Part shown: in pieces, positions 1-8,547 of the stretch
How the letters are laid out: each line of letters opens with the position of its first letter
How positions within the stretch are numbered: the first letter of the stretch is position 1
Source: Candidatus Hodarchaeota archaeon
GTDB taxonomy: Archaea; Asgardarchaeota; Heimdallarchaeia; Hodarchaeales; Hodarchaeaceae
Assembly (NCBI GenBank): GCA_016839785.1
Contig: JAEOTQ010000059.1
Location: 1-24,845 of the forward strand
Length of the DNA: 24,845 nt
Reading direction: 5' to 3'
The notes under the pieces: model-generated
Database searches by the model: none
The model's input: only the letters and a program-made list of their open reading frames with translations
What the model was told of the DNA's origin: nothing
Translations under genes and position numbers: made by a program

Positions 1-1152
1 CGATATCATTCCAATGCTGGAAAACTCACTGAAATATTATATCACCATCTCCGAGAAAAATCTGAGATAACTATCCTTCCTGCATTAGGCACTCACGCTC
101 CTTTAACAAAAGAGGAAATTCGCCTAATGTTTGGAGAAATTCCCGAGAATAATTTCTTGATACATGACTGGCGAAATGATGTTGTAAACTTGGGTACGAT
201 TCCATCAGACTATATCGAAGATATTTCAGACCAAAAACTTAACTATACCATCGAAGTCGAGATTAGTAAACATTTACAATCGAATTTCGACTTAATTGTC
301 TCAATCGGCCAAGTAGTTCCCCATGAAGTCGCAGGCATGGCCAATGGGAATAAGAATATCCTGGTAGGACTTGGGGGTAGTGATATGATAAATAAAAGTC
401 ATTTTTTGGGGGCCTGTTACGGAATGGAGCGAATAATGGGAAGAACGAATAACCCTGTGAGAACTCTTTTCGATCATACCTTCGATATGTTTCTAAGGGA
501 GATACCTTTAATTTATGTTCACACAGTCGTAAAACCGGAACCCTTTGGAAAAAACACAGTAGCTGGGTTATTTGGTGGAGAAAAAGATATTCCCTTTAGA
601 AAAGCAGCGAAATTAAGTCAAAAATTGAATATAAGTAGGTTAGAAAAACCAGTAAGGAAATTTGTGGTCTATTTAGATCCAAAAGAATATAAAAGTACTT
701 GGGTAGGAAATAAAGCAATTTACCGAACAAGAATGGCACTCGGGAATGATGGTGAACTACTTATCTTAGCTCCTGGACTAAACCGCTTTGGAGAAGATCA
801 AGCAATTGATACACTGATTAGAAAGTATGGATATAGGACTACTCAAGAAATTCTTAACGCGGTAGAAGAAAATACAGATTTGAAGGAAAATTTGTCCGCA
901 GCTGCCCACTTAATACACGGTTCGACTGAAGATCGGTTTAAAGTTACTTATTGCACAAATGATATTTCTCAAACTGAGATTGAGAAGGTTAATTATACCT
1001 ACAAGAAATTCTCTGATGTCGAGCAAAATTATAATCCAGCAAAACTTAGCGAAGGGTATAATTATCTCCCTAATGGTGAGGAGATATATTTTATACGAAA
1101 TCCCTCTTTGGGTTTATGGTCTACTAAAAATACAAGCTTGCAGACTACGTGA
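1..1152 (+). CDS. LarA-superfamily (lactate racemase domain) nickel-pincer-dependent hydroxyacid racemase/epimerase, probably sugar-acid (mannonate/gluconate) 2-epimerase-like; 5'-truncated by the window edge
   Basis: Frame 1 is open from base 1 (RYHSNAGKLTEILY...ILPALGTHAPLTKEEIRLMFG), so the ORF-track start at 127 is internal. LarA motifs: ALGTH, HDW, VVPHEVAGMANGNK (PHxxAGxxxGxK), SHFLG, WVGNKA. Stop TGA at 1150-1152 abuts gnd. Confidence 0.85.
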   Translation, partial: RYHSNAGKLTEILYHHLREKSEITILPALGTHAPLTKEEIRLMFGEIPENNFLIHDWRNDVVNLGTIPSDYIEDISDQKLNYTIEVEISKHLQSNFDLIVSIGQVVPHEVAGMANGNKNILVGLGGSDMINKSHFLGACYGMERIMGRTNNPVRTLFDHTFDMFLREIPLIYVHTVVKPEPFGKNTVAGLFGGEKDIPFRKAAKLSQKLNISRLEKPVRKFVVYLDPKEYKSTWVGNKAIYRTRMALGNDGELLILAPGLNRFGEDQAIDTLIRKYGYRTTQEILNAVEENTDLKENLSAAAHLIHGSTEDRFKVTYCTNDISQTEIEKVNYTYKKFSDVEQNYNPAKLSEGYNYLPNGEEIYFIRNPSLGLWSTKNTSLQTT

Positions 1153-1157
1153 CGATT

Positions 1158-2567
1158 ATGGAAAAGAATGAAATTGGACTGATTGGTTTAGGGGTGATGG
1201 GTCAAAATTTAACTCTGAACATGGAAAGAAATGGATATAAATTAGCAGTCTACAATCGTACGGAATCCAAAACACAGATATTTCTTCAGGGAAAAGGAAA
1301 TGGTAAAAATATCATTGGTTATAATAATATAAGAGATTTCCTCCAAAGTTTAAAATTACCACGAATAGTATTTTTGATGGTGGAAGCGGGGAACGCAGTT
1401 GACCAAGTCATTTCTGAATTAGAAGATTATCTTAAGCCTTCTGATATCATCATTGACGGAGGAAATTCAAATTTTATAGATACAAATAGAAGATGTATCA
1501 CTTCTAAGAAGAAAAATTATCAGTTTTTAGGAGTAGGAATTTCTGGAGGAGAAAAAGGAGCATTAAAGGGTCCGTCAATAATGCCTGGAGGTTCGAAAGA
1601 GGCTTGGCAGAATACGAAAGAGATTTTCTTCAAAATTGCAGCTAAAGCAGATCAGAAACCATGTTGCAATTATATTGGGATAGATGGGGCAGGACATTAT
1701 GTAAAAATGGTTCATAATGGTATTGAGTATGCGGATATGCAGCTTATAGCCGAAGCCTACTTCATATTAAGAAAAATTTTCAACTTAGATTCCAATGAAC
1801 TAGCGAGAATTTTTTCAGATTGGCAAAAGGGAGAATTAAACTCGTATTTAATTCAAATTACAGGAGAAATCTTTTCATCAAGAGATCTGGAAACAGGAAG
1901 ACCGATTATTGATATGATTCTCGATCGTGCCTCACAGAAGGGAACAGGTAAATGGACAAGTCGAAATGCTTTAGAATTAGGAGTTCCAGTCCCAAGTATT
2001 TCAGAAGCAGTTCATGCACGATTTCTCTCTGCAATCAAAAAAGAAAGAGTTCTTGCCTCCAAAGTTTATTCCGATCCAAACATTCAGTATTCAGGAGATA
2101 GAACAAGATTAATTGATGCAACCCGAGATGCTCTATATGCAGCGAAGCTTTGCTGTTATGCTCAGGGATTTACTTTGCTAAAATCTGCTTCTGAGCAATA
2201 TAATTGGAATTTGAACCTCGAAAATATAGCGTCAATATGGCGTGAAGGGTGTATCATTCGAACTGAGCTTCTGAATCATATCATGAATGCTTTTACTAAC
2301 AATAATGACTTAGACAATCTTCTGCTTGATCCGTATTTCACTAAAATTCTTGAAAGTAAACAAACAGAATGGCGCTATGTCGTAGCACTCGCTATAACCA
2401 ATGGAGTTCCCATCCCTGTCTTTTCATCAGCTTTGGCATATTTCGATGGATATAGAAGTGCGAATTTACCCGCAAATTTAATTCAGGCTCAAAGAGAATA
2501 TTTTGGTGCTCATGGTTTTGAACGTATTGATAAAGAGCCCACTAAGATATTTCATCATCGCTTTTAA
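1158..2567 (+). CDS. gndA: 6-phosphogluconate dehydrogenase, decarboxylating, NADP-dependent (long form)
   Basis: IGLIGLGVMG Rossmann motif, YNRT (NADP-type), IIDGGNS, GISGGEKGALKGPSIMPGG, GHYVKMVHNGIEYADMQ, QKGTGKWT, WREGCIIR, LIQAQREYFGAH. ATG at 1158 chosen; the alternative GTG at 1149 overlaps the upstream stop (GTGA). Confidence 0.97.
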   Translation: MEKNEIGLIGLGVMGQNLTLNMERNGYKLAVYNRTESKTQIFLQGKGNGKNIIGYNNIRDFLQSLKLPRIVFLMVEAGNAVDQVISELEDYLKPSDIIIDGGNSNFIDTNRRCITSKKKNYQFLGVGISGGEKGALKGPSIMPGGSKEAWQNTKEIFFKIAAKADQKPCCNYIGIDGAGHYVKMVHNGIEYADMQLIAEAYFILRKIFNLDSNELARIFSDWQKGELNSYLIQITGEIFSSRDLETGRPIIDMILDRASQKGTGKWTSRNALELGVPVPSISEAVHARFLSAIKKERVLASKVYSDPNIQYSGDRTRLIDATRDALYAAKLCCYAQGFTLLKSASEQYNWNLNLENIASIWREGCIIRTELLNHIMNAFTNNNDLDNLLLDPYFTKILESKQTEWRYVVALAITNGVPIPVFSSALAYFDGYRSANLPANLIQAQREYFGAHGFERIDKEPTKIFHHRF

Positions 2568-2576
2568 CAAATTTCT

Positions 2577-2708
2577 CTATTCTGAAGTTCCCTGTTGGAT
2601 AGTTTTCACATTCTTAATATTTTTAATATTCTTGATAATCTTTACGTTTTCTACATTTTTGAGGTTCCCAAAGTTCTTCAAATATATTAAAAAGCTGAAT
2701 CGTGACAT
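2577..2708 (-). CDS. Possible 43-aa peptide with (K/E/G)-N-hydrophobic tripeptide repeats
   Basis: ATG at 2708 to TAG at 2577 translates MSRFSFLIYLKNFGNLKNVENVKIIKNIKNIKNVKTIQQGTSE. AGGT lies shortly upstream. It is below the ORF-track cutoff and has no homology support. Confidence 0.2.
   Translation of the reverse strand: MSRFSFLIYLKNFGNLKNVENVKIIKNIKNIKNVKTIQQGTSE
2598..2678. repeat. Degenerate 9-bp-period tandem repeat (9 units)
   Basis: Units read directly: gatagtttt, cacattctt, aatattttt, aatattctt, gataatctt, tacgttttc, tacattttt, gaggttccc, aaagttctt. Confidence 0.6.
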
Positions 2709-2889
2709 TAAATCGACCTGTCTATATTTAGAGTGTGGTTTAAAAACCTCAGACTCACCTCTAGTAATACCATTTATCGATACGTTTGTTATTATTATAA
2801 ATAGTATGAGAGAACAACTTACGTATTCACAAGAAATTGTCTTAAATTAATGATATTCACATCGTCCTCGTTCTAAGAATCCAAATAAT

Positions 2890-4083
2890 TTGGAAAGGTC
2901 AAAGATTTTGCCTTTGTTTACATCTGAAGTCACTTGGTTGGTTGTTATAAAACTTATAACCTTGATTTTCGAATTGTCACTAATTTACTTCATCGTACGC
3001 AAGTATTTTAGGTCAGAATATTCTCGTATCCTGATTGTGCTTCTTTTTGCTTTGACTGCAAACCTTATTTCCAACGGATTGAATTTTAGCGGTATTTTTA
3101 TATCAGAAGCAGATACTAATTTGTTCCAATACATCGAAACCCTTGACTTGTTAAGTTCTATAATATCCATGTTTTTCTTACTTTTATTCTTCGAATATTT
3201 TGAACACGAGACGTTGTTTACTCAACAGCAAATGTTAGGAACGATTTTAACTACAGTAACTGGAATCTTCATACTATATGCGAATCCACAAACTATTTGG
3301 TTAACCGAGGAGCAAATGTTCTTTCAAAGCCTTGATTCTCCCACAATTCTGTTCTTAAGTTTGTTTGGAACCGCACTAGGGATTCTCGTAATTTCTACAT
3401 TGCGTAAAGGACTCAAAGATGTTTGGATAACCCAAAAAAGCCAATTGTTATCCATGGTTGTAAGTATTTCAATAATATCATTCGTACCTTTAATTGCATC
3501 AGTATTGTACCTCTTATTTCCACTACCACTTTCATTTATCACCGATTCTATTGTCAGAGGATTAACTATCATAGGATATCTCATTTTAACGTACTCATTT
3601 GGTAGTTCACGACATTACAGCCATCATAATCGTCGAAAAGCAGATAAGATTCTCGTTACAAACTTGAACGGAATTCCTCTATTTCATTTTGACTTCAAAG
3701 AGAACGTCCACTATATCAATGAAACATTGTTCTCTGGGGCTGTTGTTGCTATAACAATGTTGATGTCTGAATCCATTAAGTCGTCTTCTCCAATCGCTGA
3801 AGTACTTATGAAGAACAGATACAGGTTGATGCTTGAGACAAAGCAATCATTTATTGCCTTAATTCTTACCCCTCAGGCCAATTCATACTTGAGAGATAGT
3901 ATAGATCGATTTTCTACTGCATTCGATCAAAAATTCACCTCAATTATCACTTCGGGGGAAATTTTGGATCTTAACCTTTTTGTTAAAAGTGGACTTAGTG
4001 TATTATTCGATAACTTCGGTATTTCTTCCGCCAATATTAAAGAGATGATTGCTTCATTAACTTTTGAAGAGACATTGTCGTGA
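2890..4083 (+). CDS. Seven-transmembrane membrane protein fused to a C-terminal longin/roadblock-like cytoplasmic domain (Asgard-type)
   Basis: Seven hydrophobic segments in aa ~15-238. C-terminal KILVTNLNGIPLFHFDF...ETLFSGAVVAITMLMSESI...FIALILT...LRDSIDRFSTAFDQKF follows the longin-like beta-beta-alpha-beta-beta-beta-alpha pattern (GxPL, LxSGxxxAI motifs) common in Asgard proteins. TTG start is uncertain. Confidence 0.75.
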   Translation: MERSKILPLFTSEVTWLVVIKLITLIFELSLIYFIVRKYFRSEYSRILIVLLFALTANLISNGLNFSGIFISEADTNLFQYIETLDLLSSIISMFFLLLFFEYFEHETLFTQQQMLGTILTTVTGIFILYANPQTIWLTEEQMFFQSLDSPTILFLSLFGTALGILVISTLRKGLKDVWITQKSQLLSMVVSISIISFVPLIASVLYLLFPLPLSFITDSIVRGLTIIGYLILTYSFGSSRHYSHHNRRKADKILVTNLNGIPLFHFDFKENVHYINETLFSGAVVAITMLMSESIKSSSPIAEVLMKNRYRLMLETKQSFIALILTPQANSYLRDSIDRFSTAFDQKFTSIITSGEILDLNLFVKSGLSVLFDNFGISSANIKEMIASLTFEETLS

Positions 4084-4256
4084 GAAATGATCGAATTTTG
4101 AGTTGTTGCTTGTTATTAATTTGGAAGTCTTTTTTAGAATTGAATATCTTTTTTCTTGTACTAGAGTTCTAATAAGGAACTCTCAGTAAATCTGATCTTA
4201 GATCAATTCTACACACCGAATTTGACTAATTTTCGGTATTTAGGGCCGATTATGTA

Positions 4257-6485
4257 ATGTACGACATAAACAAGTCTCAATCTGAACTCATAAAAGAGTT
4301 GAAGGAATCCAGATTCAGGATTAAAAAATTGGAAGAAAATTTTTCAGCACTAAATCAGGAATTACTAAAATATCGATCTATAAGCGAAGAAGCCAATGAT
4401 GGCATAATCATAGTCCAAGATGGATTGATAAAATATGCAAATAAAAGATTAGAGTCCATGGTCGGATTTAAGGTTGAAGAAGCTATAAATTCTCCATTCA
4501 CTGATTATATTCATCCTTTAGTTCTTCCTATCGTTCGCGATCGATATCATAAACGAATGAGTGGAGATTCAATCCCCTCTATATATGAAATCTTCCTGAA
4601 GAAAAGTGATGGGGAACTGGTGGTTGTAGAAATCAATGCAAAACTTATCAAGTTTCAAGGATCAAATGCTGATCTCGTAATCATTCGTGATATATCAGAA
4701 AGACATTTACTTGATAAAAAAATTACTTCCTTTATAGAAGCATCACCAGACGGGTATTTTCTCTTCGATTCTGATCTCCGATTGATAGATACAAACAAGG
4801 CAGGTATAAACAGATTTCCCGAAGGTACGATGAAGGGAGATCTCGTCAATAAACATATAACTGAACTAGTTCCTGATATGGCAAATAGTGAACGCTATAG
4901 GAAATATCAAGAGTGCCTAAAAACAGGTATCCCTGTCCAAATTGACAATATTGTAACTCATCCTGATCTTGGTAACCGATTTCTGTCTGTTCGAGCATTT
5001 AAGGTTGGAAACGGGCTAGGAGTAATATCTAGTGATATCACAGATCGCGTGAAAGCTGAAAGAGCCGTTAGCAGAGCGAAACAACAACTTCAGGATATGT
5101 TTGATAACTCCCCTAATGCAGTCTACATGCGAGACTTAGAAGGCCGATATTTACTTGTGAATAAAGTCTGGTGTGAACGAACTGGAATTAAACAAGAAGA
5201 AGCAATTGGGAAAATTCCAAAAGAGCTCTTTAAAGGCCTGAAGGATGAGCTCTGGGGAGAACATGAGGAACTGGTATTGGCCAGTGGGGAATCTATGCAA
5301 TTTGAGGAGGTTGGACTAACCACAGGTCGTTCTTATCTTGCCACAAAATTCCCTCTAAAAGATGAAACTGGTGAAATTTATGCGCTTTGCAATACTTCAA
5401 TAGACATTACAGATCGCAAGTCAATTGAAGATGCCCTCAAAGTTAGTGAAGAAAAATATCGAATGTTAGTTGAAAAAATGGAAGAAGCCGTATTTCTTGA
5501 AGACTATAAGGGGGATATATCATTTGTTAATCCGAAGGGAGTCGAAATGCTTGGGATGTCCGAAGAAGAAATTTTAGGGAAACATTGGACAACTTTCGCT
5601 CCTGATGAATCGTTAGAGGAGTCCATTCGAGAAACTGAAAAACGTCCCCTCGGTATTTCTAGTACATACGAATCATATATGAAAACAAAAGATGGTATTA
5701 GAGTCCCAGTCAAAATTACTGCGACCCCTCTTTTCACAGATGATAACAAATTTAACGGGGTATTATGTGTATCAACGGATATGACTGAAAGATTAGCTGT
5801 AGAAAACAAATTAAAGAAAGTGAAACGTGAAGAAGAATTATATCATACTATGCAATCACATTTTATAAAAAATGATTTACAAAAGATCACGTTTGCTTTG
5901 GAACTAATGGGACGTGATAAATCAGAAAAAGCAGCGAATGATTTTCAAAAAATTATCACAATCTGTCACCGAGCCTCACAGACGATTGATAGAGTAGATA
6001 AGATATATGCAGTTTTACAATCAGATTTAAGTTCCGCCATAACCTCATTCAAGCAAAAATCCCTGTGGGCGACAGTTCGTGAATCTGCCTCACTTTATGG
6101 CGTTTCTCTAGATATAGTTTGTGAGGATTTAGGAATTTTCATCTTAATTGATGATTATTTTGAAGATTTGTTATCAGAATTACTTGTATATATCGCCAAA
6201 TCTACATCTCAAAGAGTAACTGTTTCCTGTTCTTGGATTTTTAAAGAGTCTAAATTTTTACTTAAGATCAAAGATCAAAATACTGAACCTTTGCCTCTGG
6301 ATCTGTGTAATCGAATCTCACAAGCAGTAACGGAAGAATGGGAGAGTTTAGGTCATTATAGTGGTTTAACATTAGCTTCTGTTATCGCACAATACTACAA
6401 GGGTAAATTGTTCATTACTCCATCAGAGGGTAGAGGAAATGAATTTCGCTTAGAATTACCCTCTGACTTAATAGTTAAGATCTAA
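4257..6485 (+). CDS. Cytoplasmic multi-PAS (4x PAS/PAC) sensor histidine kinase-like protein with a degenerate HATPase domain
   Basis: N-terminal coiled coil, then four PAS S-box repeats ending in RDISER, SDITDR, IDITDR and TDMTER. H-box-like SHFIKNDL. C-terminal GLTLA...YYKGKLFITPSEGRGNEFRLELP resembles a HATPase_c tail. No TM segments. Confidence 0.88.
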   Translation: MYDINKSQSELIKELKESRFRIKKLEENFSALNQELLKYRSISEEANDGIIIVQDGLIKYANKRLESMVGFKVEEAINSPFTDYIHPLVLPIVRDRYHKRMSGDSIPSIYEIFLKKSDGELVVVEINAKLIKFQGSNADLVIIRDISERHLLDKKITSFIEASPDGYFLFDSDLRLIDTNKAGINRFPEGTMKGDLVNKHITELVPDMANSERYRKYQECLKTGIPVQIDNIVTHPDLGNRFLSVRAFKVGNGLGVISSDITDRVKAERAVSRAKQQLQDMFDNSPNAVYMRDLEGRYLLVNKVWCERTGIKQEEAIGKIPKELFKGLKDELWGEHEELVLASGESMQFEEVGLTTGRSYLATKFPLKDETGEIYALCNTSIDITDRKSIEDALKVSEEKYRMLVEKMEEAVFLEDYKGDISFVNPKGVEMLGMSEEEILGKHWTTFAPDESLEESIRETEKRPLGISSTYESYMKTKDGIRVPVKITATPLFTDDNKFNGVLCVSTDMTERLAVENKLKKVKREEELYHTMQSHFIKNDLQKITFALELMGRDKSEKAANDFQKIITICHRASQTIDRVDKIYAVLQSDLSSAITSFKQKSLWATVRESASLYGVSLDIVCEDLGIFILIDDYFEDLLSELLVYIAKSTSQRVTVSCSWIFKESKFLLKIKDQNTEPLPLDLCNRISQAVTEEWESLGHYSGLTLASVIAQYYKGKLFITPSEGRGNEFRLELPSDLIVKI

Positions 6486-6622
6486 TCCAAACTATTTGCA
6501 AATTCAGATACGTTCAGTTCTTGGAATCAGACCCTGATAGGGTTCAAGTTTCAAAGGTGATATCATGAATGTTATACGGGATATGAGCCGTAATATCCTT
6601 CTATGGCAGAAAATGTGATACA

Positions 6623-7300
6623 ATGAAAGACAGTATTGCCTGGGCTAGATTAATATTCTACTTAGGTGCTAGTATTCTACTATTAACAGAATTTTACCGA
6701 CTATCTCTAATTCTCTTGAGATTAATAATCATTGCACCCTCTCTAATGGCCGTTTTACAATCTGTAGTACATTGGGGGTTATTATTAGGATTTAGCTTCC
6801 TCACTTTGGGAATTTATCATACATTAAGAGCCGATCCCCCTATAATTAGCCTAGAAGACTATTCTGTGACCGATCTTAACATGTGGGCAAAAATAAACAC
6901 AGTAATCTGCATTATTTTAGTAATTGCAATTCTTTTACCACCGACAGCTTTGATAAATTCAGACGTCTTAGTTATATTTTCTATGATAATAAGTGTGGCT
7001 TGGTTAGTATATTATTCCTTATTGGTCTTTTGGATAATTGTTTATTGGAAAATTGTCCTTAAGGAGAATAGAATATCTAATGTAGTATTTAATGGTAGAA
7101 TTACAATACATATAGTCTTAGGAATTTGTATTGCTCTCTATTGGTTCTTAGAAATAGTTTCATTAATTTTGGTGCAAGAAGCTTTATCTAATATTGATTC
7201 AGTTAATATTACTTACATTATTTTGCTAATATTGTTTTTATTCAATCAATTATTGCTATTTTATAAAGTTACGAAATTCTCCTACCATATCTATGGATAA
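6623..7300 (+). CDS. Hypothetical polytopic membrane protein (~6 TM)
   Basis: 225-aa ORF, ATG start, about six long hydrophobic stretches, fills the gap between the kinase and the convergent GT gene. No family motif recognised. Confidence 0.7.
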   Translation: MKDSIAWARLIFYLGASILLLTEFYRLSLILLRLIIIAPSLMAVLQSVVHWGLLLGFSFLTLGIYHTLRADPPIISLEDYSVTDLNMWAKINTVICIILVIAILLPPTALINSDVLVIFSMIISVAWLVYYSLLVFWIIVYWKIVLKENRISNVVFNGRITIHIVLGICIALYWFLEIVSLILVQEALSNIDSVNITYIILLILFLFNQLLLFYKVTKFSYHIYG

Positions 7301-7318
7301 GATCTTGAATTTCTTTAT

Positions 7319-8524
7319 TCAGATATTGGAAATAATATTCGATGGAATCTCAAGCGAGGAAAGAAATTCCATTAACTCTTTCCAATTTTTTTGGAACTCA
7401 AAATATAACCCACTACTGTTCCGACATTCATCTTGAATTTCTTCAATGAAGAAATTAATATTCTTAATTTCATCTATAAACTGATTTACATCCTTTAACT
7501 CAACTAATTTTGTCCTGTTATGGTAAATATAGTCAAGAAGTTCTGTCAAAATAATTTTCCCCTCTGTTTGTTCAAGAAAATATCCTGGGTACGGGGCAAA
7601 AGCTACTGGATCTAGATGCATTTGTTCAAGTTTGTACTTTGAATACAAAAATCGCTGAATATCTTGGCGAAACTTGATTTTATGATCTGTAGAGAACAAT
7701 GGGGGATCGTGTTCAATTGAAAGAGATCTATCCAGTTTTGCGTCAAAACCATAATACTTTACATTTCGTAAGTAATCCATATCCTCCCCTCGTGCAATTA
7801 GTGGATCAAACGGCACAAGCTTCCAACAACTCTTGTGGATAACCATATTTCCTCCAAAGGCAAAAGGAGTATCAACTAGACGATCCAATGTTGGATCTGT
7901 AATAATTTGAAAAGCTTGGTTCATTAATTTTTCCTTCTCCCAAACCAAAGTCCACCATGGAGCGTTTGAATCATCCAGAAATATTGAATCGTCAACATTC
8001 CTATAGTACCCAACAACTAAACCTAAAATTTTATCTTGATCTCGAGTACCAATGAATTCGACCGCTTTTTGTATGAATAAAGTATCAGTAATAAGCTCAT
8101 CATCATCTATCAGTACTACTGTTTCATAACCTAACAGATGAGGAAGAATCAGGCATAAATTCCGGATATTCCCATACCCTTTATTTGAAATTAACTCCGA
8201 GAATTTACTTGATGTATTTTTGTCAATAAGGTCCTTAAGAATTTCAAGTTCTTTAGATCCAAAGAACATTGTACGAAATGAGAGGTCGGAATTCTCTATA
8301 ATTTCTACAATTGTCTTATCAACTTCCTCTCCAATAGAAGGTCTTGTGGGACACCCTACTACTATTGTGTCAAATTCTCCAATGATATTTTCGAATGACT
8401 TAAGAGTTTTTGAGAGAGTTTCATTAGGATTTTGCAGATTGGTTGGATGATCATAAATAATATCCTCTTTATTGTTTTTCCCTTTAGTCCAATAAGAGGG
8501 AATAACAATTACTGGTTTTTTCAA
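7319..8524 (-). CDS. Uncharacterised GT-A fold (GT2-like) glycosyltransferase
   Basis: N-terminal VIVIPSY strand, GYGNIRN, DxD-type IDDDE, FAFGGNMVIH, RGEDMDY (acceptor-side ED) and HDPP. Start moved to TTG at 8524 (MKKPVIVIP, AAGG upstream), which removes the overlap with the upstream gene. The ORF track gives 8560. Confidence 0.8.
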   Translation of the reverse strand: MKKPVIVIPSYWTKGKNNKEDIIYDHPTNLQNPNETLSKTLKSFENIIGEFDTIVVGCPTRPSIGEEVDKTIVEIIENSDLSFRTMFFGSKELEILKDLIDKNTSSKFSELISNKGYGNIRNLCLILPHLLGYETVVLIDDDELITDTLFIQKAVEFIGTRDQDKILGLVVGYYRNVDDSIFLDDSNAPWWTLVWEKEKLMNQAFQIITDPTLDRLVDTPFAFGGNMVIHKSCWKLVPFDPLIARGEDMDYLRNVKYYGFDAKLDRSLSIEHDPPLFSTDHKIKFRQDIQRFLYSKYKLEQMHLDPVAFAPYPGYFLEQTEGKIILTELLDYIYHNRTKLVELKDVNQFIDEIKNINFFIEEIQDECRNSSGLYFEFQKNWKELMEFLSSLEIPSNIISNI

Positions 8525-8547
8525 TGTAAACAACCTTATTGTCGTTA

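Noticed and set aside
2598-2678. Repeat as a CRISPR array
   Set aside because: The 9-bp degenerate units have no spacers, and there are no cas genes.
2503-2850. 115-aa + strand ORF with FLIFLIFLII
   Set aside because: It overlaps the gndA 3' end, and its hydrophobic stretch is just the T-rich 9-bp repeat read in frame. No family motif.
2890-3600. 7TM domain as a microbial rhodopsin or heliorhodopsin
   Set aside because: No retinal-binding Lys motif (DxxxK/SxxxK) in helix 7 (DSIVRGLTIIGYLILTY).
6575-6599. Overlapping short inverted repeats TACGG/CCGTA and GGATAT/ATATCC upstream of the membrane protein gene
   Set aside because: Stems of 5-6 bp are expected by chance, with no supporting context.
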